Shown in pieces: positions 1 to 11,900 of a stretch of 64,000 nucleotides of DNA. This DNA is from a virus. Below the pieces are notes generated by a model. The model ran no database searches. It had not been told where the DNA came from and saw only the letters and a list, made by a program, of their open reading frames with translations. The stretch lies in the IMG/VR virus record IMGVR_UViG_3300042346_000188, positions 17,116 through 81,115 of that record. The stretch is one strand, 5' to 3'. Both the position numbers and the translations under genes were made by a program. Each line of letters begins with the position of its first letter. Positions within the stretch are counted from its first letter, which is position 1.

Positions 1-19
1 AGCTTACGAGGACATTATA

Positions 20-430
20 ATGGGAAAATTCGTAAGTCTTGAACAGGATGTCTTTAGTGTATTTGCTTCTCCTGAGTGGGTAGCAGAAGATATAAAAACA
101 TTCCCGACAAATTATATAGCTGTGAGCAGTGGCAAAGAATTTATTCGCGTCTCTGTGATACCCAGTGGAAACGGTTTAAACCGTAACTCTACAAAAGGTA
201 TTCTCATAATTGATATTTTTATACCTGCCGGAGAAGGTACAAGACGTGCCTTCGAGATAGCAGACGCACTTGATTCTCATCTAGTGAATAAGTCTATAAA
301 ACATCTAACGGATACAGCTCAAACTCAATTTGGGTTTAGTTCAATTAGTCCTAACGGTGTTGATAAGGACACGCCTTCACTATATAGAGTCACTTACTCT
401 ATCACATTTAATTATTTTTGTAAGGAATAA
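20..430 (+). CDS. tail terminator / tail completion protein
   Basis: 136 aa immediately upstream of the tail tube genes; G-x-L-x-I-D-I-F-x-P-x-G-x-G pattern and C-terminal YRVTYSITF strand typical of siphophage tail terminators. Confidence 0.65.
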   Translation: MGKFVSLEQDVFSVFASPEWVAEDIKTFPTNYIAVSSGKEFIRVSVIPSGNGLNRNSTKGILIIDIFIPAGEGTRRAFEIADALDSHLVNKSIKHLTDTAQTQFGFSSISPNGVDKDTPSLYRVTYSITFNYFCKE

Positions 431-432
431 CA

Positions 433-1005
433 ATGGCACACATTTCTAGCTTAACCGCTGCAATGTTCTCTGATTTATCAGTAAACCCAACCGCAAGTTC
501 AGACGCAGCATGGAACGCATTAGCTACAGAAGCAGACTATAATGGTAAATTTGCAGGTACTGGCGCTAATACATTAGTATCTATTTCGCATTTGAAAGAG
601 TTTCCTGCGTTAGGTACTCCCGCAAATATCACTAAAGTTCCTGAATACGGTTCTAAAACTTCTAAACAAGTGCAAGGCCAAGCTGATCTTCCAAACATGG
701 AAATTACGCTTAACTATATCCCAAGCTTGTGGGCTGGTAACGAATTACGTAACGAAGCTGCTTCTAATGCAGCAACAGGTGTTAAGGTTGGCGATGGCAA
801 ACTTTACATTTTCCGTTTTGCATTATTAGGTACAGATCCTGTTGCAGGCTTAACTTCTGCCAACTTGGCTACTATTGAAAACTCTTGCTTTTACTTCTTA
901 GGTAAAATGGAAGCATTGGAAGTAACTTCAAGTTTAACTGAAGCTATGACTGCTAAGCTAACAATTTCAGTACAATCTGAAATTAAAGGCGCATACACTA
1001 ACTAA
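433..1005 (+). CDS. tail tube protein, paralog 1
   Basis: Position between terminator and chaperones; EFPALGTPANITKVPEYG..QVQGQADLPNMEITLNY core resembles siphophage tube proteins; codon usage of a highly expressed gene. Confidence 0.75.
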   Translation: MAHISSLTAAMFSDLSVNPTASSDAAWNALATEADYNGKFAGTGANTLVSISHLKEFPALGTPANITKVPEYGSKTSKQVQGQADLPNMEITLNYIPSLWAGNELRNEAASNAATGVKVGDGKLYIFRFALLGTDPVAGLTSANLATIENSCFYFLGKMEALEVTSSLTEAMTAKLTISVQSEIKGAYTN

Positions 1006-1014
1006 GGAGGCCTT

Positions 1015-1707
1015 ATGGCAACGGCAAAAGGTCACATTTCTAGCTTAACCGCAGTAATGTTCTCTGATTTATCAATCACTAACTATCCAGTTACTAGTTC
1101 AGATTGGGATTCAGCATTCAGTACACCATCTACTGTTGAAGCAAAGCTTGGGCAACTATTTGATAATAAGTCAAAACTAGTTTTGATTGATGATAGTATT
1201 GCGGGTGGTGTATCTTTCGCAGATTTGATTGATACTACTAACACTGTAGTGCCAGGGGCAGCTGCTGGCAATGCAGAGTTTATTCGTATTACTCACTTAA
1301 AAGAATTCCCTGCTCTAGGCACACCTGCTAATATCACTAAGGTTCCTGAATACGGCTCTAAAACTTCTAAGCAGGTACAAGGACAAGCCGATCTTCCGAA
1401 CATGGAAGTCACCTTGAACTATATTCCTAGTTTGTGGGCAGATGCAATTGTACATGATGAAGATGGTGTAGCTCGTCAGCCTAAAGTTGGTGATGGCAAG
1501 ACATATGTATTCCGTTTTACTTTGTTAGGTACAGAGCCTAGCGGTTACACAACTTCTGAGTTAGCTGCAAGTGCTGAGCATTCTTGCTTTTATTTCTTAG
1601 GTAAGATTGAAGCTCTAGAAGTAACTTCAAGCTTAACAGAGGCAATGACTGCTAAGCTCACTATCTCAGTACAATCAGAAATTAAAGGTGCTTATACAGC
1701 AGCTTAG
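1015..1707 (+). CDS. tail tube protein, paralog 2
   Basis: Near-identical core to 433..1005 with a longer N-proximal insert; strong TAAGGAGG RBS. Confidence 0.75.
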   Translation: MATAKGHISSLTAVMFSDLSITNYPVTSSDWDSAFSTPSTVEAKLGQLFDNKSKLVLIDDSIAGGVSFADLIDTTNTVVPGAAAGNAEFIRITHLKEFPALGTPANITKVPEYGSKTSKQVQGQADLPNMEVTLNYIPSLWADAIVHDEDGVARQPKVGDGKTYVFRFTLLGTEPSGYTTSELAASAEHSCFYFLGKIEALEVTSSLTEAMTAKLTISVQSEIKGAYTAA

Positions 1708-1715
1708 TTTAATTG

Positions 1716-1743
1716 TGGAGGGTTTCGGCCCTCCATTTCTTTT
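1716..1743 (+). terminator. intrinsic terminator after tail tube genes
   Basis: TGGAGGGT-TTCG-GCCCTCCA hairpin followed by TTTCTTTT. Confidence 0.8.
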
Positions 1744-1753
1744 CGAGACAACA

Positions 1754-1969
1754 ATGGCTAAAATTAAACCATTCAGTATTGACTATGTTGTCGGTATTAC
1801 CGTTAAACATATGCTGAAAAGTATAGACGTCAGTATTAATAAAACATTCCAACGTACGAAAGATGGTTCACTTTCAGCTGAAAAATCAGTGGAAGCGTTT
1901 GAAGCATTATCCGTATTACATCAAATGAGAGCGCAACTAAATGAACGCCCAAACAATCAAGGTAAATAA
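1754..1969 (+). CDS. hypothetical tail-module protein (71 aa)
   Basis: ATG at 1754, after the terminator, preferred to the ORF-track start at 1688. Confidence 0.6.
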   Translation: MAKIKPFSIDYVVGITVKHMLKSIDVSINKTFQRTKDGSLSAEKSVEAFEALSVLHQMRAQLNERPNNQGK

Positions 1970-1970
1970 T

Positions 1971-2288
1971 ATGTCAGAAGCAAAAGGTATTAAAGGTCTA
2001 GTCGGCCAAAAAATGAACAAATCTACTAAATTTTTAGGTAGTGATGTTAAAATTTCGAAACTAACAGTAGCAGAAGTTGTAGAAATCCAAAAGCGTGCTC
2101 AAGATATTGAAAAAGATGAGACTGCTGGTTTGGAAGTTTTGAAACTAGTAATTCGTTCTGCTGTAGAAGGCGGTGACGAATTAACCGATGATGATTTTGA
2201 TAACTTTCCAATGGATGAATTATCTAGACTTTCAAATGATATTATGAAATTCTCAGGTATGGGTCAAGATCAGGGAAAGTCGTCTTAA
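1971..2288 (+). CDS. tail assembly chaperone (gpG-like)
   Basis: Between tube and tape measure genes; acidic helical protein; ends in a GGGAAAG slippery site. Confidence 0.8.
   Translation: MSEAKGIKGLVGQKMNKSTKFLGSDVKISKLTVAEVVEIQKRAQDIEKDETAGLEVLKLVIRSAVEGGDELTDDDFDNFPMDELSRLSNDIMKFSGMGQDQGKSS
2273..2279 (+). other. -1 programmed ribosomal frameshift site GGGAAAG
   Basis: G GGA AAG in the chaperone frame; the -1 frame (GGG AAA GTC GTC TTA...) is open and in frame with ORF 2333..2623; same heptamer as lambda G/GT. Confidence 0.85.
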
Positions 2289-2623
2289 GTGACGAAGAGC
2301 TTCCTATTTTTGAAATAGCGTATCAACTTAAAATGCCTGTTAGCAAGTTATACGAAGATATGACTTATGAAGAGCTTTTAGGCTGGTTTAACTATTTTGA
2401 AAGGCGGCCTGTAGAGTGGAGAGCAGATGATCGTGCTGCTAAGCTCTTACAGGCACAGGGTGTTAATCAAAAGCCTTGGCAGCTATTTACTTCATTAGAG
2501 CCTATTTATAATCCGCCCTCCAAGGTTAATTCGGATGGTAGTTTTGATACCAGCAGCTTTAAGCGTTCTGGATTCTTCCAGAAACTTGCAACTGCCACAG
2601 GCGGGGAGTCTGTTCTTAAATGA
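2273..2623 (+). CDS. tail assembly chaperone frameshift extension (gpT-like part of gpGT)
   Basis: Reached by -1 shift at 2273; MTYEELLGWFNYF..P...RADDR resembles gpT-type segments. Confidence 0.75.
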   Translation, partial: GKVVLSDEELPIFEIAYQLKMPVSKLYEDMTYEELLGWFNYFERRPVEWRADDRAAKLLQAQGVNQKPWQLFTSLEPIYNPPSKVNSDGSFDTSSFKRSGFFQKLATATGGESVLK

Positions 2624-2913
2624 ATATGAAAATTGATTTAAATTTAATGTCAGAGTTTAAACAAAAGTCTGAAATTATCAAAAACAAAGAAGCTAAGAGA
2701 TTAGTGGAAGAGTTACGTGCAGCAACACCTATAGATACGGGTAGAGCTAGAGCAGGTTGGAAATATGAAGACGGTCAGATAAGCAATGATGTTGAATACA
2801 TTGATAGACTCAATGCAGGGAGCAGTACACAAGCACCCACGCATTTTATAGAAAGAACTCTGCTTGCAAATGAAAATGTAAGCCCTAATGGTGTAATTGT
2901 TACACCTAAATAA
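2620..2913 (+). CDS. HK97 gp10-like tail completion/neck protein
   Basis: TPIDTGRARAGW and N-x-V-E-Y-I-x-x-L-N-x-G-S-S-x-QAP motifs. Confidence 0.7.
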   Translation: MNMKIDLNLMSEFKQKSEIIKNKEAKRLVEELRAATPIDTGRARAGWKYEDGQISNDVEYIDRLNAGSSTQAPTHFIERTLLANENVSPNGVIVTPK

Positions 2914-2917
2914 TACT

Positions 2918-2947
2918 ACCCCCTTATTCTTATGTAAGGGGGTTTTT
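2918..2947 (+). terminator. intrinsic terminator before the tape measure gene
   Basis: ACCCCCTTA...TAAGGGGGT hairpin plus T-run. Confidence 0.7.
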
Positions 2948-2961
2948 AATGGAGAATTTAA

Positions 2962-5900
2962 ATGTCAGGTATAGTAATTGAAGTCGATGCTAATACCCGA
3001 AAAGCACAGAGAAATCTAGAGGAAGTAAATACTGCGGTTAAGTCAATTTCACATAGTGTGAATGCAATGACCGATGGCTTTAAAAGTGCTTTTGTAGCAA
3101 TTGGGTCTACCTTTGCAGCAGACCAACTCTTAAGATACGTAGAAGATACCACATCATCGCTACAAGAGATGGAAAACAAAGTTGCATTGATTGTAGGTAA
3201 AAGTAATGAGTTATATGATACACAAGTAAGACTTAGAAATATTGCTGATGAAACTAAGGGAACCTACTCAGAAACTGTGGAAGTGTTCACAGCAATGGGA
3301 CGCGCAATGCGTGGTACCAATGTTGACATTGAGCGATTACTTAGATCTTCTAAAACAATACAACAAGCAGTAGCAATCTCAGGCTCTTCTGCAGAAAGCT
3401 CTAAAGCAGCGTTAGTACAACTAGGTCAAGGTTTTTCTTCAGGTACATTACGCGGTGAAGAGCTTAATTCTGTAATGGAACAAACACCACGTATTGCAGC
3501 TATGATTGCAGATAGTATGGGTGTTACTCTTGGTCAGATGCGCCTAATTGCAGCACAGGGTGAAGTTACTTCAGAGGTTATATTCAAAGCCTTAGCAGAC
3601 CAAGCAGAGCGTATTAATAAGGAATTTACAAATATAGTACCAACTCTTTCAAAATCTCTAATTAAGATGAAAGAGAACGCTGCATATGCTTTTGCTGAAT
3701 TTGATAAAGGGCTAGAGCTATCAGATAAATTATCAAAGAATATTTTTGGTGTATCTGAAGCATTAGGTGCTTCTATAGATAAAGCTTATCTACTAGGTTA
3801 TGCTTTGAAAGTTGCATTAAAATCTTATAATACTCCTCTTAAAGATTTACTAGAGCCTATAACAGAGTTTCTAGATATATCTATCTACATGTTTAGACAT
3901 GCTTTAGATACCATTGGATTTACAAGATTTGTAACTTCTGTTATTGAGCCTATGCAAACAAAGTTTGTAGCATTTGTAGATGTTGCAATGACTAAGTGGA
4001 AAATGTTTGGAAGTTTGCTACGTAGTAATAAAGGCAATGACTCATTCTATATAATAAAACCTCTTAAAGAAATTGGAAATATAACTTTCCTAACAATGCG
4101 AAACAGTTTAATTACTGTAGAAGCTCAGTTAACTTCTGTAGTACAAGGAGTTACAGGTAGATTCAGAGCATTTATTATTAAGGAAATGCGTTCCTTTAAT
4201 ATTGGTGGTGAAATAGCTTGGTTCAAAATATCTAAGTCTATTATTGAAAATCTTCAAGAATCTTTCTTAGGTATTAATTCGGTTGGTGCTATTTTAAAAG
4301 CTACTACAAGCGCACTATTTGTAGAATTGGGCAGTAGTTTAGGCGGATTGTTACAAGATTTAGGTGACAGTCTAGCACAGTATGACCTATTCGAAAGAAT
4401 TTTTGGTATTACAACAGCTACTTCTAAGTTAGCAAAAATAACTGGTAACTTAATAAATACTGCTACTAAATTTGGTAGCGACTTTTTCTCAGCAGTGATA
4501 GACACTTCCGAAACGTTTGTTGATGAATTGTACTATACTCTTGCAGAAGGACTTAACACAGTATTACCTAAGTTTGCAAAAATAGATATGCCAATTGCGT
4601 TCAAATTAGACGCATTGATAACTAGCGCAGAAGAAAGCTTAGATGGGCTATTGAATAGCTTTGTAACATTTTCTGAGAGATTGGCTAAATTAGATCTATT
4701 TGGAATGTTAGTAAAAGGCTTGAGCGAATTGGGGGTAATAGCTGTTGATGTATTCAATGTACTTATTCATTGGGTAACAACATTTACCAATTTAGTTGTA
4801 AAAAGCGATATCGGTGCTTGGTTTGTTCGCGCCATAGATGGGATAGGTTTTTATGCAGATAAACTTAGAAACATTCTTGCGCCTATTCAAGCCTTTGGTG
4901 ATGCAGTCATTGAAGTATTCTTCAAAGTTTATGATGCAGTAATTGGGCACTCTTGGTGGACAGATACAGTAGAAACAATCATCTACACATCTGCAAATCT
5001 TTGGGGAAATACTAAGAAAGGTTTAGGAGACTTTGGTAATAGCGTTATAGATTTATTTGAAAACATCTATGATAAAATTGGAAATATTTTAACAAAGGTT
5101 GCCAAATTAGACTTTTCAAAGACTATGGGTAAGCTTAATGCAAAACTATATGCATACTCTCCTGACTTAGCTGGATACGCAGTCTCTATTGAAGACTCAA
5201 TAGGCAAGGCTGTAACTTTCTTACAAGTGGCTTTTACTAATACAAAATTATTTGATGGATTAAGATATTCTTTTGCAGCATCAATGGGTGCGGGTTTTAC
5301 ATTCTTAGAGCAAAGATTTAGAGCATGGATTGCAACTTGGCCTATTGCCTTGAGACAAGCTTTCTCTGTAGCAGCAATGGCTATGGTCTTTAAAAGCTTA
5401 CCTAAGGTAATTGCCGAAGGTGTTATGGGTGGATGGCTATTAGCTTCTGCTATTATTTCAAGCACATCTCTTGCTATTACCTTAACTGCAAATACCTTTG
5501 ATAAGAGTCTAGGTGTTGAGTTAGGTAAGATGGCAGGCGATTTAGCTGCAGGCGTTGTAAACGGATCAGTTGTAGATATTCCAAGATTGATTGGAGAAGC
5601 TTTTGCATTTATTGGAAACTTTATGCAAAACTTCTTGACAGGAATACCTTACGTTGGTGTATTGTTTGCTGGTATTTTTAAAATTGCATCATTGTTTGGT
5701 TCTGGCCCTGCTGTTGGTGTACTAGGCGCATGGCTATTTGGCGGTACAGCTGTAAGACTTTTGTCTGAATTAGGCATCTATCGCAAAACAATGGGAGATA
5801 TTGTAACTAGACAACGTAGCTTCCAGTCATTCTTTTCAGGGACATATACTGGTAGTAAATCAGGCGGTCCACCGACACCATTAGGAAAAATCTCACAAGC

Positions 5901-8900
5901 ATTTTTCAATGATACAAATCGTACTCAAAGCCTTGCTATAATGGGGTTAGGGATGGATGTATCTGGTATGTTTAATTCATTGTATAAAGATAATGTAATT
6001 GGTCATGCTATAGCGCGTGGTGGGTTAATATGGCTAGCACTTACTGGTGAAAGTGGTCTTCAAAGTATGAAGACAAATATTCTTGCACCAATCATGGCTA
6101 ACTTATACTCTGTATTGGATCGTAGCCCAATGTGGTGGAAGATTAAGGATAAATGGAATAGAGAAGTTACATCATCAGCCGCTGGTGGCTTTGTAGGATT
6201 GACACAATGGATGGCTCGTGAAGCTGGTACATTAGCTACTTTTGTACACGATAGACTTGCAATGGCTTTTAGCAATTCTAACAAAATTGGCGGTGCTACA
6301 TTTATGCAGCATCTCTTATTGGGCAGAGGCGCAAACAGCTTTGATATTGTAGATAGATTTATTCTTCAAGTTGAATCAGCAATGGTTCGAATGAAAGAAA
6401 GAATTGGAAGAATTAGCGGTGTTGGTGGTATCCTTGGGTGGTTGATTCCTTCTCAGAAAACTGTATTTATGATGCTTGCAGGCTTGGCATTAGCATTGTC
6501 AGCAATGGCAACCCAAGCGGCTGAAACTAACTTTGATAATAAATTTGTAAAGGTTAGTAAAGGTGGCGATAAAGAACAGATGGCCAAAGATGGAAACCTT
6601 AATCAGTATGGTAAATACACCAATGATATTAAAGGTATTACAGAGGAATGGAATCTTGCTGCAACTATTGGTAATCCCTTACAAGCTATTAAAGACGCAT
6701 GGGATACTATTAATGTGACTGCAACACAGTGGTTACTAGGTATTACAGCAGGTGCTACAGTATTCTTAATTGTTGCAAAAGAGCTTAAAAGAACATTAAC
6801 AGCAACTTATGCAGAAGTAGATAGAGCAGGTCTTGTAATGACTGCTATCTCATATTTAGTTAAATCAACATTCAGAATAATTACAAGCACTATTGTAGAA
6901 GCTTTACGTTTATTATATTTTGAAACAGTTAGTTTTAAGCGTGAGAAACTTACAGGTCTTGCGTATGCTACTGCAATGATACAAAGCGCTTTAGCAGTTA
7001 TTGTTAGATTTATAGCAGCAATATACATACCGCAAGCTTTTGGTTTAGGCGGAATGGGCATGGGTATTGGAGCATTAGCAGCTTGGGCAGCTTATAGTTC
7101 TGGGCCAGCTGTTGCATTGAGAATGGCAGCTAATAAGAAATTAGAAGCAGCACTATTAATGCGCGATACATTGCTAATGAAGCTTGATAATAAGTTTGCA
7201 AACCTTGCATATTTAAATGCTAGAGTACCTACTAGTACAGGTGTTTTGCGCTCTGTAGATATACTCTTACAGACGGCAGCAGCTGCAGGTGCAATGGTTA
7301 GCGGTAGATTAAGATCATTACCAGCAGGTATGTTAAAAGAATCTATTGCTGAAGGCCGTGGCGCACATATTGCACAATACGTAGCATCTACAAGCTATGC
7401 AGGGGCAGCTCAACAAGTTGCTATGGGCATTTCTGCTAGTAAACAAGCTTTAATCAATAAGCTTGATACTGCTAAAATGTTTAATAGAACTGGCGTACAA
7501 GAATCTCTTGCAGTATTTACAATGCTTGAAGATAAGTTTATAAGATTTGCATCTACTTTAAAAGCTATCCGTAGTGTACTTGATTCTGGCATGTCTATCT
7601 TAGGAGCAGCAGCTACTTATAGGGCTATGAGCTCCATGATGGCATTATACATTGTTGGTAACTTAGTCAATGCATTTGCTAATCCCAAGAAACGTGGAGA
7701 ACAAGAAGGATTCCTTGGTTCTGGGCATGCTATTGGCATGGACTATTTTGGTAATATGCCTTTCTTTGGCGGTGAAGTTCCTTTAAGTCATTTATTAGTA
7801 CCAGGAGCTATGGGTATTTGGATGCTTAAGAGTGCTAAACGTGTTGGCTTGGCAAGAGCACATGATGTTTCATTTGCTAAACAAACAGCGCGTTACGAAA
7901 AGACATATGCATCTCAAATAGCTGCTGACGCATCTGCTTTAAATCAGTATAAAGCTCAACAAGCAATTTATGAAAGTACCGTAGCAGCAAATCCTGCTGC
8001 ATCAATGGTACCCCCTATTGTGCCTACTGCTACAGCACCTGCCAGACCTGTTAAAAAGTCGCAAATAGAATTAGAAGCTCGTGATGCAAAGAAACGTGCA
8101 TTTATGGAATGGCAAAAGAATTCAGAAGATAGAGCGTGGATGGCTAGACAAGAGTCTAAGCTATTCCAAAAACAAGGTCTTGGAACTGCAGCTGAATACC
8201 TTGCAATGACAACTATGCAACAAAGAGACACAGGCGTCAGAGCTACAAGACAAGGTTTTATGCAAGGTCGTTACGATGAGCGTATGGCGGCTGGCAGAGG
8301 CTCTGTAATTCGACACACAATGCCTGCTGTTGCGGGAGCTGGTGTAGCTGGCTTGGGAATGATGGCTGTTGGCGGGTATTTAGGTGCTAAGGCTGGTAGT
8401 TCAATGTCAGACGGTTCACAAGAAGGCATCTCGTTAGGTGCTGTAATTGGTGCTGGTCTTGCCGGTTGGATTGGTAAAGATGTAGTTACTTCTTTATTTA
8501 ATGTACTCAAAAATACTAAGAATCTTGCTCTGTTTAAATGGACATGGATTCCTGTTGCAATGGCAATGGCTTGGGATTCTATTTCAACAGCTCATAAAAC
8601 TATCTGGGACAGAATAATTGGTCTTTGGGATAGCTTTAAGAATATGATTGGATTAAAAGAAGAACCTAAAGATCTTAAAACAGGTCTTGGCCAATCTAAC
8701 ATGGTAGAAGCTGCTAAACTAGGTATTTCTCCTTCCTTTGATATATCTAAAATTGATATGGAAAAGCTCAGTTATTCTGAGTCAACTATATTAAAAGATA
8801 CATTGAAAAAGGCGGATGAAGCACTAAATGCTGCTCATGCTGAAAGATTACGTTTAGGTTATGTTACAGATGAAACAGCCTCGGCTGCTAATGAATCTTT

Positions 8901-11900
8901 GAAAGCTTTAGCTCGTATGTCTAAAGAGTTTGCAGCCAAAACTAAGATTAATGTAGAAGAAACTGCAAATCAAATGTTACTATTAAGTCGTAAAAATGAC
9001 TTAGACCCTACACGTGGTACACAAGCTAAAGATTTTATTGGTGGCAATTGGAAAGAACTATTAGGCGCAGTTGCAATGACTGTCCTTGGTAGTAAGCTTA
9101 AGTTACTTGCCCCATTGGGTGCTGAGTTAGCTCCTGCAGCTGCTGGTACAAGTAATGCAGCAAGATATGGCAGATATATTTCAGATAAGGGCGGTAATAT
9201 TGTTCGTGTAGCAGCATCCTTTATTGGTCTCAAAGGTATGCAAGAAGACATGAGTACTGCTATTGCTTCTGGTGCTGTTGAAGGGTTATCAGTAGGTCTC
9301 ATGGTACCTGGCCCTTATAAGGCTGTATCAGGCGCAATTGGATTGGCTGTTGGTGCCGGCATAGGTGCTGCAACATCTGCATTCTCTTCACGTAAAGAAG
9401 ATTACCAAAGAAGAGATTTTGTAGAATTCCCTTCTAGCCAAGGTTATGTACCTAGTATTCCAACTACGTACAATCCGATGGAATCGCAACGCCCAGATTA
9501 TCTGACTGTTGCAACTAGTGACGCTGAACGTGCAAGATTAGAGGCTGAAAATTTAAGAAAATCTTTTATTAATTCAATCAAAGAGTCTACTTCTGCATAT
9601 AACCAAATGGATAAAGGTAGTGGATTAGCTGCTGAGTATTCAGACAGATTAGCTGAGCTTAATAAGACCTATCATGGGTTTAAGGCAACTCAATATGAGA
9701 TTGGAGATTCTGGTGCTATAAATAATAAAGAGCTTAATGCTAAGTATTATCGCAAGCTAAAAGAAAATGTAGAAGCTTTACAAGAGTGGACTGATGCAAG
9801 TATTAAGCAAACAGAATTTTTAAGAAAAGTTTCAGCAAGAGAAGCAATTGCAAAGAATGAACCTGGCTTTTGGAAACCATTAGGTGTAACATTAGATAAT
9901 CTAAAAGATTTTCAATTATCAGGGCCACAGTTTGCAGTAGGCCAAGATGTTAAGAAACGTGCAGATACACTAGTACATCAAACACAATTTAGTGATAATG
10001 CTGATAGTAATGCAAATCTATTTGAAAAGAAACGCCTTGCAGATAAGCGTATATATTTACAAACATTAGAAGCTGATAAGTACCTAAATAGCGGTATGGC
10101 ATTAACTAAGCTTGGCAATGATATAAGCTTAGCTCTTGGTGATGAAGTTAAATATCTTTCTGAAGATATTACTAATAATCTTAGAGAACGTATTCGTAAA
10201 ATTCAGTTTGTAGAAGAACAAGCATTAACTAGAATCCAGTTACCTTCCCTTGAAAACTTAGATGCAATGCCATTGGCAGATAGATCAGCTGCTAAGATAC
10301 GTAATCAAGTGTTGATGGATAAGTATAATTCTGATGTAGAACGTGCGGATGCTCGTAAGAAAGCTTTACCTGGTTTTAGATTTGGTACTAGGTATGCTGC
10401 TTTAGATGCTGTTACTAAAACACCAGAAGCTATGAGTGCTAAGATGACTAATTTATATGCTGCAGATGCTACTAAAGCACTTGCCAATTATAGAGAATTA
10501 GGTCTTGAGCAAACCAATGATTTAATGCTAACTAAAGAACGCTTATCTGTAATAAGAGATTATGCTGTAAGCGAACATAAATTAGATTTACTTGTTGATG
10601 TTGATAAGCTAATAAGCAGCGTAGATAAGGCCTTAACACCTTTACAATTAACAGTTTCTGCAGCATTAGAAAATGCATTTGCAGGACTTAGTGATCAGGC
10701 TGTTACATTCTTACCTGCTGATACTTTCATTGAATTAAAAAGTATTGGTACTCAAATTGCAAGAATCAAAAAGGATCTTGATGACCCTGAAAGTCAATTC
10801 TTACCACAAGAAGACTTAATTGCAAAGAAGAATGCTCTAAAAGATCTTAAAGCACGTGCTGAAGATTTAGTAGCTGTCCTTCAAACTGCTACAGGGGATA
10901 CAATGTTAGCTGCTGTTTCTGATTTAGGTTTATCAGTAACGCAACGTGCTAGCGTTTCTCTTAGTCAGATGAAAGCTGCTTTAGCTTTGAAAAATGGTAT
11001 TGCTTCAGTTGCCGGTCAATTAGCCAATACAACCGATCCTACAGAACAGCAAAGATTAATACAAAAAGCAGCTGGTTACGAGAATACCCGTGACTTGTTA
11101 AAATTCACAGCAACTCTAGATAAATCTGGATTTAATACAGTAGCAGAAGCTTTGGGCCTTGATCTTAATAAATTGAGTAATAAGGGTAAAAGTCTTCTAA
11201 AAGAATTCTCAGGTCTTGCTAAATATATTAATATATTAAAAGCTGATTCTGTACAGCTCAATAGCCAAGCTGCTATTGACAAATATCTGTCTAACTTAAC
11301 TGCATTGGCACGTTTAACAGAACGTGTTCAAATGACTAATAAGCAAAATACCTTAGAGATTTTAGGTGATCTTGCTGGCGGCAAGACTAGTGTTAATCTT
11401 GCAGAACAATTATCATTAGGTGTTGTGAACGGGCTATCTAATACATCCAAGGTGCTTAAGCAAAAGTTATCAGAAGCAATTGCTGATAGTGGCGATGTAC
11501 TTGATGGTGTTGCACTTAAGATTGCAAAAGGTATAGATGCATTGTCTAGCTATCAACCTTTAATTGCATTCTTTGATTCGCTTGCGGACAAGGCAGAAAC
11601 AGCTATTCATGGTGGTATTGGCAGAGCTTTAGAACAAGTTAATAAAGCCTTTCCTGACTTGAAAATAGACGCTACAGTAATGGGCAAAATGGATGCGGGT
11701 GCTAGAAAGTCACTTACAGACAAGGCCTACAATGTAAACATATTGCGTGAGCTTCAAACAAAGCCTTTGAACGAGGATCAAGCTAAAGTTTTAAACAGGC
11801 TTGGTGAACTTGGTCCAGAAAAGACTATTGAAGAGTTTGCTAAAGTTGGTAAATCTTTATTAGAATCTATTGGTATTACTGATATTCAGCTGAATACAGT

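Noticed and set aside
1003-1014. Programmed read-through fusing the two tail tube genes
   Set aside because: TAA is rarely read through and the second gene has its own strong TAAGGAGG RBS; in-frame spacing has a 1 in 3 chance
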